NCBI RefSeq assembly: GCF_000400465.1
Contig: NW_008806278.1
Span: forward strand, 322,592 to 384,591
Direction of reading: 5' to 3'
Source: Wallemia ichthyophaga EXF-994
Taxonomy: Eukaryota > Fungi > Basidiomycota
Length of the DNA stretch: 62,000 nucleotides
Shown piece by piece: positions 34,961 through 45,299 of this stretch (position 1 is the stretch's first letter; every line of letters begins with the position of its first letter). A program made the translations under genes and the position numbers. The notes under the pieces are model-generated. The model saw nothing but the letters and a program-made list of their open reading frames with translations, was not told the origin of the DNA and ran no database searches.

Positions 34961-36118
34961 TTAATCTATATCCGATTGTGTGGATTCGTTTGTACACTTG
35001 ACGCACCCGCAAATGAATCCCCATCCATTGACTAATCGCTGACGACGATCATCGACATTCAATGTCTTCTCATCGCCGCCAAGATAAGTGATGAATATCT
35101 CTTGATCCGCATTCACAACATCCGTTGTTGAGAATGTCCAAGTGTGTCTAGATCGCTGTTTTGAGACTGTTGGTGAGCACGAGTGATTGAAGCGCGAGAG
35201 AGAAGGTACGAGCATTGACCCAAGCAACTCGCTGCGTTCTTCTGTATGTGTGCATTTCAAGTCCGAGCTCCCACTCCAAATTCCGAAGCTATTTGATCTG
35301 TCTACGGCCAATATCTTGGCAATTGACGGTGCAGATAGTGCATACTGAGATAGCGATGGAGGCAACAGACTGACTAGGGCCAAGTAGTGATTGATCTGTT
35401 GATCAAGTAGCCGGCTCAATGTGCATGGCTCAATGGTAGTGCTCAAGGTGAGTGTATGTGCGACAGTCGATGGCGAGAGTACGTTGGTAGCAATATAGCT
35501 GGCGAGATTTTTTATGCTGTCTATATCCGTGTCACTGTCTTCATCGTAAGCTCGCAATCCTGCTGCTTGTACCTCGCTGAGCAGCTTCCGCTGTGCTTTG
35601 TTGGGCTTATCAGAGGCGAGAGTGTTGACTATATCGAGTAGCGTGTTCTGTGAATCAGTCCACGACTCCTCAATTATTCTCCTATCCGGTATGATATCGT
35701 CGTCTTCCGGATCGGGCGCTGTCTTCAATTGCTTGCGTTTTCGAGAGAATTCTTCAACGCTTATGAGGAAAGCGTGGAGATCTGGCGCGATTGCAATTCT
35801 CTTCATAAACTTACTCCGGCATTCCTCGGAGCAGAAAACGACGCCGATGTGATTCTCCTTGAGCTTCCAATCGAGGCCACTATCGTAGTTGTAGCAGAAA
35901 CCACAAACTTCTTTCCAGTATCTCCTGTATATGATGCTAAAATACTCGTCGCTCGTTTCATAGAGCGTCTGCTTGGGCTGTAACTGTCGCTTCGCAAAAA
36001 CGCCGATGCCTTTGTTTTGTTTGATTAGAATGAGCAGCAGCGGCGGATAAATAAACCAACCTGCACCGGGAGTATATCGCGATTCGATATCATCGCTTGT
36101 GTAATTAGTCTTATCCAT
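34961..36118 (-). CDS. SET6: SET/MYND-split lysine methyltransferase, Set6/SMYD-like
   Basis: KGIGVFAKR, CGFC...FCSEEC zinc ligands, SRFNHSCSPTV, EIFITYL, post-SET GFICGCVKC. Confidence 0.8.
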   Translation of the reverse strand: MDKTNYTSDDIESRYTPGAGWFIYPPLLLILIKQNKGIGVFAKRQLQPKQTLYETSDEYFSIIYRRYWKEVCGFCYNYDSGLDWKLKENHIGVVFCSEECRSKFMKRIAIAPDLHAFLISVEEFSRKRKQLKTAPDPEDDDIIPDRRIIEESWTDSQNTLLDIVNTLASDKPNKAQRKLLSEVQAAGLRAYDEDSDTDIDSIKNLASYIATNVLSPSTVAHTLTLSTTIEPCTLSRLLDQQINHYLALVSLLPPSLSQYALSAPSIAKILAVDRSNSFGIWSGSSDLKCTHTEERSELLGSMLVPSLSRFNHSCSPTVSKQRSRHTWTFSTTDVVNADQEIFITYLGGDEKTLNVDDRRQRLVNGWGFICGCVKCTNESTQSDID

Positions 36119-36329
36119 CTCAACGCCTGTAAAGACTGAGATCGTCTATCGTCTACTGACGTGATGGACGTTAGCGGAGACGTAGCGATTTCAAAATCAA
36201 ACGACGCAAACGCATGCGGGGGAAGCATTTACGGGAAACGAACAAAATCTGTGCTCATACATCTCACTTGATCAAAGCCCGCCCAAATTAGGTTTTCCAT
36301 TATCCAATCAACAAAGACAGAGGTTGTTA

Positions 36330-37690
36330 AGGGGAGGCTTCCAAACAGAAAGTCTTTGAAGGCGAACCATGTCTTTCGAAATTTAAGAGACTGGGCCAAG
36401 ATATCTTCTACACGGTTTTAGACTTGCTGATCGACGAGTTTGGCGATACAAACGTCAGTTTTAGGCTTTCAGTTAATATGCATGGGAGGAGTGCTTTGAT
36501 GGAATATCCCAAGTCATTCTCCAGCCACTCACTTGCGTTGACCAACAATACTTGGCCACCAACACTACCACAGCATTTCTAGACCAATTCCTCTCTCTCA
36601 GATAAACGCATAAGCTATCGCAATGTCAGCAGCTATTACTTCAATTTCTGTAGGCTGCTGGATTACTTCCATGACACTGGCATTAAACTCAACACACTCA
36701 ATTGGACAAGTGACATCCATTCAATGCTCGAGCCATCATTTATATCTTCCCAAGTGACTCAAAAGAATATTAAGATTGACAATATTACGATAATATCACG
36801 CGATAATAGCCACTGGGCTGTACTATTTTAGTTAATAAGTCGGATAGCTATAATTCGCTCACTTTGTATTTAGTTACGCCAATACTCGCGAATTTTATTT
36901 TCTGTGTGTTGGAATAATCTGATATTACGCTCCTCCACAGCAATTCGCGGACTGCAAGTTGAACGTGCGGCATTTGTCACTCGATTTTGATCGTTTCAGA
37001 GAGTTAGACGCGCATGGTATCAAGGATATTATGTCGCATGAGCTACCACAGATACATTCACTCAAAACACTCATCATCAATGGTGCCAGTATCAGTGTGT
37101 TGCTTTGCGACAATGTAAGAAGCTTTGTCTTACTGTCACTGCACGTAATCGAGTTAGACAGATCAAGTTCGATGATATTGCAAAATGTCAAGTCGCCAGT
37201 TTGAAGTAAAATCAGTATCAAAAACTACGACATAGACTTACATCGCGCAGTCCTTTGCACTGAGATCAGCTACCTGTCTCTTCAAGATAGTACATCATAC
37301 ATGAGCGATGGGAATACATGGAAGCAAATCTCTTCTCCAAACTCACACGACTGCAAGTTTTCGACTTGAGCCAAATCCCGCACACAATATTCATTGAGGC
37401 ATTCAACCGAGGCAATTTCGACATGTTTTTACCCTCGTCTCAGAGTTCTTAATGTTTCTTTAAGCGAGGGACTACCAGGCTCGTTCATGGTCAGATTCAT
37501 TGACGTTCACATGGGTTGTGGCTTCAGTCCAATCGAGGACTGTTTGGGGTTGATTGCGGCATAGAGAGACATGAAAACACAGCCTGGCATCAAATATCTC
37601 TAAGTGCCACCTCGATATTGGCAGGTCTGCACATAAAACCGACCTTGAACTGTCCTTCGAGGCAGATATACCAAGCATCCAACAAACCAA
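36330..37690 (+). pseudogene. Decayed F-box/LRR-like gene
   Basis: Fragments in different frames: FKRLGQDIFYTVLDLL (F-box-like), VRHLSLDF..HSLKTLIING, LFSKLTRLQVFDLSQIP, PRLRVLNVSL. In-frame TGA at 37202 and frameshifts near 37300 and 37430. Confidence 0.5.
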
Positions 37691-37899
37691 GATTGTGTAA
37701 TAATGTAAATGTATAAGAATTGTATTATTTGTGTAGTAATATTCCATGCCGACGTGCTCTGCCGGAAGTCTGTCATCCGACACCATTCCGGCGAAAAATC
37801 TTATTGATCACCGATTTGGGCTAATGATATAATGTTTAATTTGGTGTTTAATTGTAAATCCTGGGCTGAAAACTGTACACTTACCCACCAACTCTGAAC

Positions 37900-38674
37900 A
37901 TGTTAAATCTGCCATTTGAGCTAGTGGATGAGATATTCTCGCAGCTGTCGTTTAAAGACAGGCAGAGCCTCACGCTGGTGAAGGAGTTATCAAGTGCGAG
38001 TAGCTGCAGGGTGTTGCAAACGATAACCGTCACCGACTTCGATAAGGAGGGAATAACGATACTTAATTCACCTAGAGTGGTAAATCATATACGGTAGGTG
38101 CCCAGCGACACAACTAAACATGGCTGACTCGCCTTGCTAACAAAGAAATTTGACTGTTAACTGTGAATATTCATTGAAGCTGCCTAAACAGTTTGCAAAA
38201 ATGAAGCAGCTCCAGACGCTTCAACTAGATTTGCGCTTTATAAGCCAGCAAATGGAGCTGTTTAGTAGGGGAGGGAGTAGGAAGCCGTTTGGAGATCTCT
38301 CTCTGACGACATTCCTACCCGCATCAAATACAGTGACGGAGCTGACTTTGCGGCTGCACTCTACGAGTGACATTGAACACAACAGGATAGTTCTGGATGA
38401 ACTTATCCTCAGATACCCCAGCCTGGAGACGCTGGCTGTTGTGTTCGACAGAATGTCTAGTGCCGATATTGAGCCAGTTGTATCAAAGTTGACTTCGTTA
38501 CCGCTCTCAGTTGTCGTCGTCAAGTGCCAGACTGGGAATTGCTTTGATAGGCTGGATGTGCTCTGCGCAGATAGAAGCAACGGCTTGAAAAGGGTGGCTG
38601 ATCGGAAGGAGCGTGTCAGAATAGCTTCAAGTCTATATCACTTTGAACAAATTGCAAATAAGTTTGGATACTAA
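37900..38674 (+). CDS. F-box protein with LRR-like C-terminus, one intron (38094-38145)
   Basis: MLNLPFELVDEIFSQLSFKDRQSL (F-box), then MKQLQTLQLDL, VTELTLRL and YPSLETLAV. The splice keeps frame. Confidence 0.8.
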
Positions 38675-38772
38675 ATTTTCACCCGCGTGTACTACTAATT
38701 AATGTCTCACTATGTCATCATGTGTATGCGTGTGACCTTGGATAAGGGTTCTTTAACTAGAACAGCGATATT

Positions 38773-39047
38773 ATGAATACAGAAAGGGCAGACACGACAG
38801 AATCATTCAAAGGGTATGCTCCATTTGATGAAACAATGGAAGGACCAGCTGTCTGTGTATTTGTAGACATTTCAACATCCCTAACAAACCACAGGCTACC
38901 TCGCGTGGATCCAAAGATGATGACTGGTACCCACCTGCTGGATCCAGAGCCGCCAAAGCGTTAGAGCATCTATTTGACGACGCTGATGAATTTGACGAGG
39001 CTGATTGGAGGAATTGGGTGGAAGAAGACAAATCAGCCAATCAGTAA
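38773..39047 (+). CDS. Small acidic hypothetical protein (~73 aa), spliced, only partly captured (exon 1) by the ORF track
   Basis: GTATGC...TAG intron 38814-38866 gives MNTERADTTESFKGHFNIPNKPQATSRGSKDDDWYPPAGSRAAKALEHLFDDADEFDEADWRNWVEEDKSANQ*. Confidence 0.5.
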
Positions 39048-39253
39048 CTGCAAATATCATGCATTTATGTACATATACGTTGACGTCATTCACATATATC
39101 TTCTCTCTTCTTTGTTTTCGAATTTTCATCTTGTCATAAGGCATTGTATCATGTTATTTACTTTAGCTTGATTTACACTTGAGATTTTGGATTTACCACT
39201 TTCGGTGGCAAATGACGACATGATTCGTTCCCCACCAACGCCCAAGATCAATC

Positions 39254-40267
39254 ATGGCAGCCGCAAAAGGACCACTCATGTTACCAAAAAACTTCAGACT
39301 TGGAAACGGACAAGTTATCAACTCAATTGGATTGGGTTTATGGAAAGTTGATAAGAATAACACGGAAAGAGTCGTTAGCGACGCACTCGACTTAGGCTAC
39401 AGACATATCGATGGTGCGTTTGCCTACGGTAATTCTGACAAAGTCGGTGCGGCCCTCACCAAGAGTAGAATCGATAGGAAGAACCTGTGGTTAACCACCA
39501 AGAACTGGAACTCGTTCTGGGATCCATCGCTTGTGAAAGCTAGTGCAGAGCAAGAGCTTGAGAGTTTTGGTACCAACTACCTCGACTTACTCCTGCTGCA
39601 CTGGCCGGTGGCATTTGCCAACCCAGACAAAGTGCTCGATAAGATGCCTGTCAAACAGGAAGGAAAGCAGCTGCCGGTGATTGACCGTGAGGCTATGGAA
39701 AAGCTCGAGCAGACCTGGGAGGCTATGGAGGGTCTTGTGAAGGAAGGTAAAGTGCGCAGTCTCGGAATTAGCAACTTCTCAGCAGGCAAGACTGAAAATC
39801 TTCTCAAATTCGCTAAAGAAAAGCCACTCGTTAACCAGGTAGAGATAAACTTGCACTGTTCACAACCAGATTTGGTTAAGTTTAATGAGGAGAATGGAAT
39901 ATTAACGCAGGCATACTCCCCACTTGGTTCAGACACGAAACAGGCAAGCTACTCAAAGGAGCCGCTGATACAGGAGCTGTCGAAGAAAGCCAATGTCAGT
40001 CCAACGCAGCTCATTTTGGCGTGGCATTTGAAGCGCGGAATCAACCCACTGCCTCGTTCAATGAATAAGGAGCATTTGAAGGAGAATTTGGATGGTGAGT
40101 TGGTTTATGTTATCTAGCACCCACTTACACACTCCACAGCTGTCAACGTACAACTTCCACAAGATGTTTTCGATGCGCTTCAAGAGGAGAGTGCTAAGAC
40201 ACCAGCAAATCGTGTTGTAAATCCGTCGAAAGCGTGGCAAACTGATATATTCAGTGATGAGAAGTAA
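39254..40267 (+). CDS. Aldo-keto reductase (Gcy1/Ypr1-like NADP-dependent polyol/glycerol dehydrogenase family), one intron
   Basis: IGLGLWK, GYRHIDGAFAYGN, LWLTTK, YLDLLLLHWP, VRSLGISNF, QAYSPLGS. Catalytic tetrad D-Y-K-H present. Confidence 0.92.
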
Positions 40268-40332
40268 ATGTGAATGTAGCTAGATATTGATTTGAACATG
40301 AATTGAAATTATTTACTTGTTTAACCAAAGCC

Positions 40333-42393
40333 ATGACAGCATTTTCTCAGAGTGAGGAGTAGGCACATCGAATAGCAAGACACTAACGCACGCAGCCAAA
40401 ACACACCCAATAAATCCATTTAGCGAGAGAGGTAGAGCGACAAAGCTCAGCGTGGATGTGAAAGGGGAGAAGCTTGTATATGGCAATGGGCGATCAGTTG
40501 TGATTAGAGACTTAGGAAATCCATCCGATTCATTCATCTACCAAGGCCACATCCACCCAATTACAGTTGCGCGTATTTCACCCTCTGGTTTCTACTGCGC
40601 ATCCGCCGACACTTCTGGCACTGTCCGCGTCTGGGATTTGGTTGGTGAGGATCACGTCCTCAAGACTGAAATACGCGCTACAACTGGCCCCATTGCTGAT
40701 CTCGATTGGGATGGAGAATCACAGCGAATCATCGCTGTTGGCTCAGGCCGTGAGAGTACTGGACGTGCTTTCTTGATGGACAGCGGTTCGAGCTGTGGTG
40801 AAATATCTGGCCATTCTAAACCCGCTAATGCAGTAACGATGCGCTCTAAACGCCCCTTCCGCGCTCTCACTGCTTCTGATGACACAACGCTAGTATTTTA
40901 CACAGGCACGCCATATAAACTAAACAAAACGCTCAAATCTCACTCCAAATTCGTTCAGGATGTCCGCTTTTCTCCTGATGATAAGGTCTGCGTCAGCGTG
41001 GGGTCTGATGGTGCCTTTGTCGTGTATGACGGTAACACAGGCGACGTAATCCACGAAGCGCGCTCTGCACATGCTGGATCAGTCTATGGTATAGCATGGG
41101 AGAGCAGCTCGAACAGATTCGCTACAGCCTCCGCTGACAGAACGGTCAAGGTGTGGTGTGCACATACCTTCAAGCAGCTCTTGTCATACGAGGTCGGCAA
41201 AGATATTGGCAGTCAGCAAGTGGGGATAGTGTGGCCGTCAAATGCTGATGGTAAGGGTAACAACGTCATTTCAATCGGTGTGGATGGCACTCTGAATGTG
41301 ATTGATGTGGATCAAGAAAAGCAAGAAAAAGACGATAATCACACTAGTCATACTCATATTCACGGCCCTACCCGTGCCATCACTGCTTTTGCCCAGTCTG
41401 CAGATAAGAACCTTCTCACCGGCTCATTCGACGGCAACTTGCGCTCATTCAAGGGAGATACCGGCGAGTGTGCCGCCGTTCGTGGTAGCACTGGCAAATG
41501 TGTAACAAAGCTGTGTACTAGAGGAATTGTGCAAGATCCCGCTGTTGACGTTGGTGCACTTATGATCGGGTTCGATGACAACCTGCGCGCAATCAACACC
41601 AATTTCACCCATACAACACCCCTCAATGTCCCTCTCACCGCTTTCGCCAAGGGTCTCACAGCGAATGGTACGCATGCGCTGGTGACGTGTGTTAATGGAG
41701 CGATTGACGTTATAGCGTATGCGCAGGCTTTGCATTCGCCTGCGCAGGAGAACGTCAAGAAAACAACAAACATCAATTACGTACCTTCCGCTATAGCACT
41801 TGATGGCGATCTTGTCGCTATAGGTGATGAAACTGGCAGAGTGCATCTGGTTCAATTCGATAAACACACAGGCAAGCTAGGTGATGAAGTGAGAGTGGTA
41901 GAAAGAGGCAGGACGGAAATAACCACAATTTCGTTCTCCCCTGACGGAAAATTGATCGCTGTTGGAGAGGTGAGTAGTGGTTGAGCACATGTCTCACATG
42001 TCTAGCATTTCTAACAGCTCAACTCCCACAGAACAGCGGAAAAATTGTCGTTTATACGCGTGATGGCGAATTGTGCACTAGTGCATGGGCTTTCCATACG
42101 GCACGTGTCACCGGTGTGGAGTGGACAAGCGATTCAAAGGTCGCGATGAGTACTTCACTGTGAGTTGAGTGCGTTGGCTGGTCTGTAGCAGTGCTTACTA
42201 AACACACCAAAGCGATACCAACGTATACCTCTACTCAGTGCACAAGCCATCACGTAATCTTTCACTCAAAAACGTCGCCGCCGGTGGCGTCGTTGGTGGT
42301 GTGTGGACTGTCGACGCTCAGTCTATCGCTGTCGCAGGCTCTGATGGCAATATACGCACCTTCAATGTCGATTTGAGCATTTTGAGTGATTGA
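40333..42393 (+). CDS. AIP1: Actin-interacting protein 1 (WD40, cofilin cofactor), spliced
   Basis: ERGRATKLS, TVARISPSGFYCASAD.SG.VRVWD, DLDWDGESQRIIAVG.G, GEISGHSK..NAV...RPFR, WAFHTARV. Confidence 0.92.
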
Positions 42394-42497
42394 GACGGTA
42401 TGCAAGATTGATGATATATGCAAAAAGACGACTAAATGATATCTGATTTCCAATACATGAGTAAATAAATATAACACACTTAATTAGTGAAAAAAAG

Positions 42498-44092
42498 TCA
42501 AATCCTAAATCGCAGCGTCGCAGAAGCACCTTTCCTGTCAAGTTGGAGGAGGCGTTTACCGACAAGGGCGTAGATGGACTTGGTGGTGAGCTCAGCAGGC
42601 CATCCTCTCTGATTGACGAGATGAGCGAGGTGGTCTTTAGCATCCTGCATAGGTAGTCGATTTGCAGGTGTGATGAGAAGCTTGAGTAGCAGTGCTGCAC
42701 TTGCTGCCGTCTGCGGACTCAAACTGTTAGTTTCCTTGGTGAGTGAGGATGTGATGCTGAGGAGGGAGTGTGTGGGTGAATTACTGGGGTTGCTGCCGTC
42801 CACATGCGCAGCTGGAACACTATCCACTGTCACCTGGAGCATATGTAGCATCTGCGCGAGATCCGGTTTGCCTCCATTGGTGGATGGTGTTCTTATCGCT
42901 TCGCCAAAACCATCCCAAATCAAATTCTGTGGATGTGTGAGTATATGTGTTTTTCCTTTTGAATAAAGTAACCCACTATCGCAGCTTCTACCTCTGGTGT
43001 GAGTTCAATGTGTTGAGTTTGTTGGGTGGGTGGTGGTGCGGGTGTGGATGTTTGTGATTTGTGTTTGGGAGTGTGTGTTGGAGTTTGTGTATTTGATTTT
43101 TCGTGTTTAGTTGTGTCTGCAGGTGTGTCTGTAGGTGTGGTAGAGTGCTTTGTTGTAGTTGGTATGGTAGAGCGATTTGTTATAGTTGGTACATTCTTTG
43201 TCTCGATTGGAGTATCCATTTGAGAGAGTATATCATCATTTGCAGCTGCTGCACCATCAGGGATTGGAGTTGATGGAACTAAATTCATTTGCGGTGTATT
43301 ACCAAGGAGAGTTGAAGTGTTGAGTGTCTCCTCACCACCCAAATTGAAAGAATCATCATCTTTTGGTATGGATTTGAATAAGTCTTGCTCTCTACGAACA
43401 GTTGCAAGTTTTGGTTTACGTGGAGTATTATTACGACGTTGAATATCTTTCAATTGACGTAAAGGAAGTTGGATTGGAGTTAGAGGTTGTTTGTTATGTG
43501 AATGTGAATGAAATTGAGACTTCTTTTCGTTCAAAGATGATTGTAAGAAATCTTTACGATCTTTGATAGCAGATAGGTGAGATTCAAGGTTTCTAACGTG
43601 AGTTGATTGAACTTTGATTAGTTCTTCGGTGTTAGAATCATTTGGAGTTTCAATATCAGATTTAAACTCATCTGTATCCAAATTACTATCCAAAGGTGAT
43701 TGAATAACACGCTGATATTTGTTAATCCCCGTGTTTGTCTCCTCAACAAGCACTTTTAGATTATTTATATGATTAATAGTACGTGGAAGTTGCTTATAAT
43801 CATTTATTATCTTTATAGCAGCGTCTAATAGAGTATTTATATCAATATCCATTTCATTGTCTAGTTTATTATGATTGGTTGGATTTAAAGTGAGTAGATT
43901 CTTATCATTCGCCTTATCATCATCACCACCACCAAATAACCTCACCTCACTTTCCTCACCATCCCTCAAATAATCTAAAATATCAATATCCCCTAACGCA
44001 GCTTTAACAGGATAACTCGAATGTCCTGGATTTCTCTTTAAGCTTAAAATTGAATCAGATTGATTGGATATTCTATTTAATATTTCTTCCAT
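42498..44092 (-). CDS. SPC34: DASH/Dam1 complex subunit Spc34-like with long C-terminal extension, one intron
   Basis: MEEILNRISNQSDSILSL...DILDYLRDGEESEVRLF and LLDAAIKIINDY..LPRTINHINNL match recalled Spc34 blocks (I...A.SI..L; LIRD....E..LF; LL.....L...YP). Confidence 0.65.
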
Positions 44093-44094
44093 TT

Positions 44095-44127
44095 CACGCG
44101 TCTTTGACGTTTACTATCAACACGCGA
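44095..44127. promoter_or_regulatory. Two CACGCG (MCB-like) boxes in the 34-nt gap between divergent SPC34 and SOS7 start codons
   Basis: ACGCGT at 44096-44101 and ACGCGA at 44122-44127. Confidence 0.5.
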
Positions 44128-45179
44128 TGGATTTCATAAAGAGTAGTCAATCAATTTTAGATGAAAAGCGCGACTTATATTTTGATTCAATATTAAAACA
44201 CAATGATTCGCAGGACACGCAGGATACATCAACAGACACCTCAACTACACCTTCACTGCCTAGTAATCCACTCCACTATGGCTCTGAACTTTCTCAATCT
44301 ATTGACTTCTTTGGTAAACTCAAATTCAAATTCGTTGAACAACAAACAAAGGAGAATTTTCTAAAATCAATTTTGTCCTCACAACCACCACTCATCACTC
44401 CAGAAGATAATAGCACATTGGAAGATTCAAATAAGAATGACAAGTTGTCTTTAAAACAGGCTAAACAAGAAGCAGATGATAAGACCATCAAACTCAACCA
44501 ACTCGTTGACTTTGTTGACAATCAACACTCTCTTTACACCCAAGACATTTCCACAACAACAACTCTCCTTAATGATATTCAACAAATTCAATTGGAGTTG
44601 GCTAAGTTACGCGCTACTCACCCACCAGAACAACGCCTCACTCCTTCTGTCGCACAAGAAATCCTCGATGATCAAATCATTGAAATGCAAAATTTATCCG
44701 ATATCAAACAAAATCAATCCATAGAACGTTCTAATCTAACACAGCAAATCAAATCCCTTTCCACACAAGATGAACGCTTACAATCTGACTTATCCGCCGC
44801 TAAAAGAATGGGAATTGATGCAAAACGCGCAAAGGAGCATGTCCAAGATGGCATTGAAGATTTAAATAGCTGGTTAGACACTGCAACCAAGGTCTATTCA
44901 AGTCTCATTGGTATCCTCGACGTACACACACCCGAACCTGCTACTCTGCAGATTGACTATGATGCCCGCAAAAATCTAGATGGAAAGTTTAACCCAGAAA
45001 CACACCCTAAATGTACCCTCAAACTACATTTCAATCCACAATCTAGGAGATTTATAAGTGCACAGCTAATCAACCCTCCACCCTCCATCAACCTAGACGA
45101 TGTCATACAAGCTGCAGAACTTCACGCTTCTCCTCCCCGACTCATCCAACATCTATTACATAGACTAAGAACGCAGTGA
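44127..45179 (+). CDS. SOS7: Kinetochore protein Sos7/Kre28 (Zwint-like; Spc105/KNL1 partner)
   Basis: FFGKLKFKFVEQQTKENFLKSILSSQPPLITPEDNSTLE matches the Sos7 motif (LFSKLRFSY.EQVTKEKF..AI...PP..V...EN..LE). Coiled coil and RWD-like C-terminus follow. Confidence 0.8.
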   Translation: MDFIKSSQSILDEKRDLYFDSILKHNDSQDTQDTSTDTSTTPSLPSNPLHYGSELSQSIDFFGKLKFKFVEQQTKENFLKSILSSQPPLITPEDNSTLEDSNKNDKLSLKQAKQEADDKTIKLNQLVDFVDNQHSLYTQDISTTTTLLNDIQQIQLELAKLRATHPPEQRLTPSVAQEILDDQIIEMQNLSDIKQNQSIERSNLTQQIKSLSTQDERLQSDLSAAKRMGIDAKRAKEHVQDGIEDLNSWLDTATKVYSSLIGILDVHTPEPATLQIDYDARKNLDGKFNPETHPKCTLKLHFNPQSRRFISAQLINPPPSINLDDVIQAAELHASPPRLIQHLLHRLRTQ

Positions 45180-45299
45180 GTGAGTGTGCAACATGTGCTC
45201 GTTTTTTGTATTACATAGTGTAAAGTTATCGTAAAATAAATGCATTTGTCACTTAACATAATAAATATCTATAAATTATCATCTATATTTAATACTACC

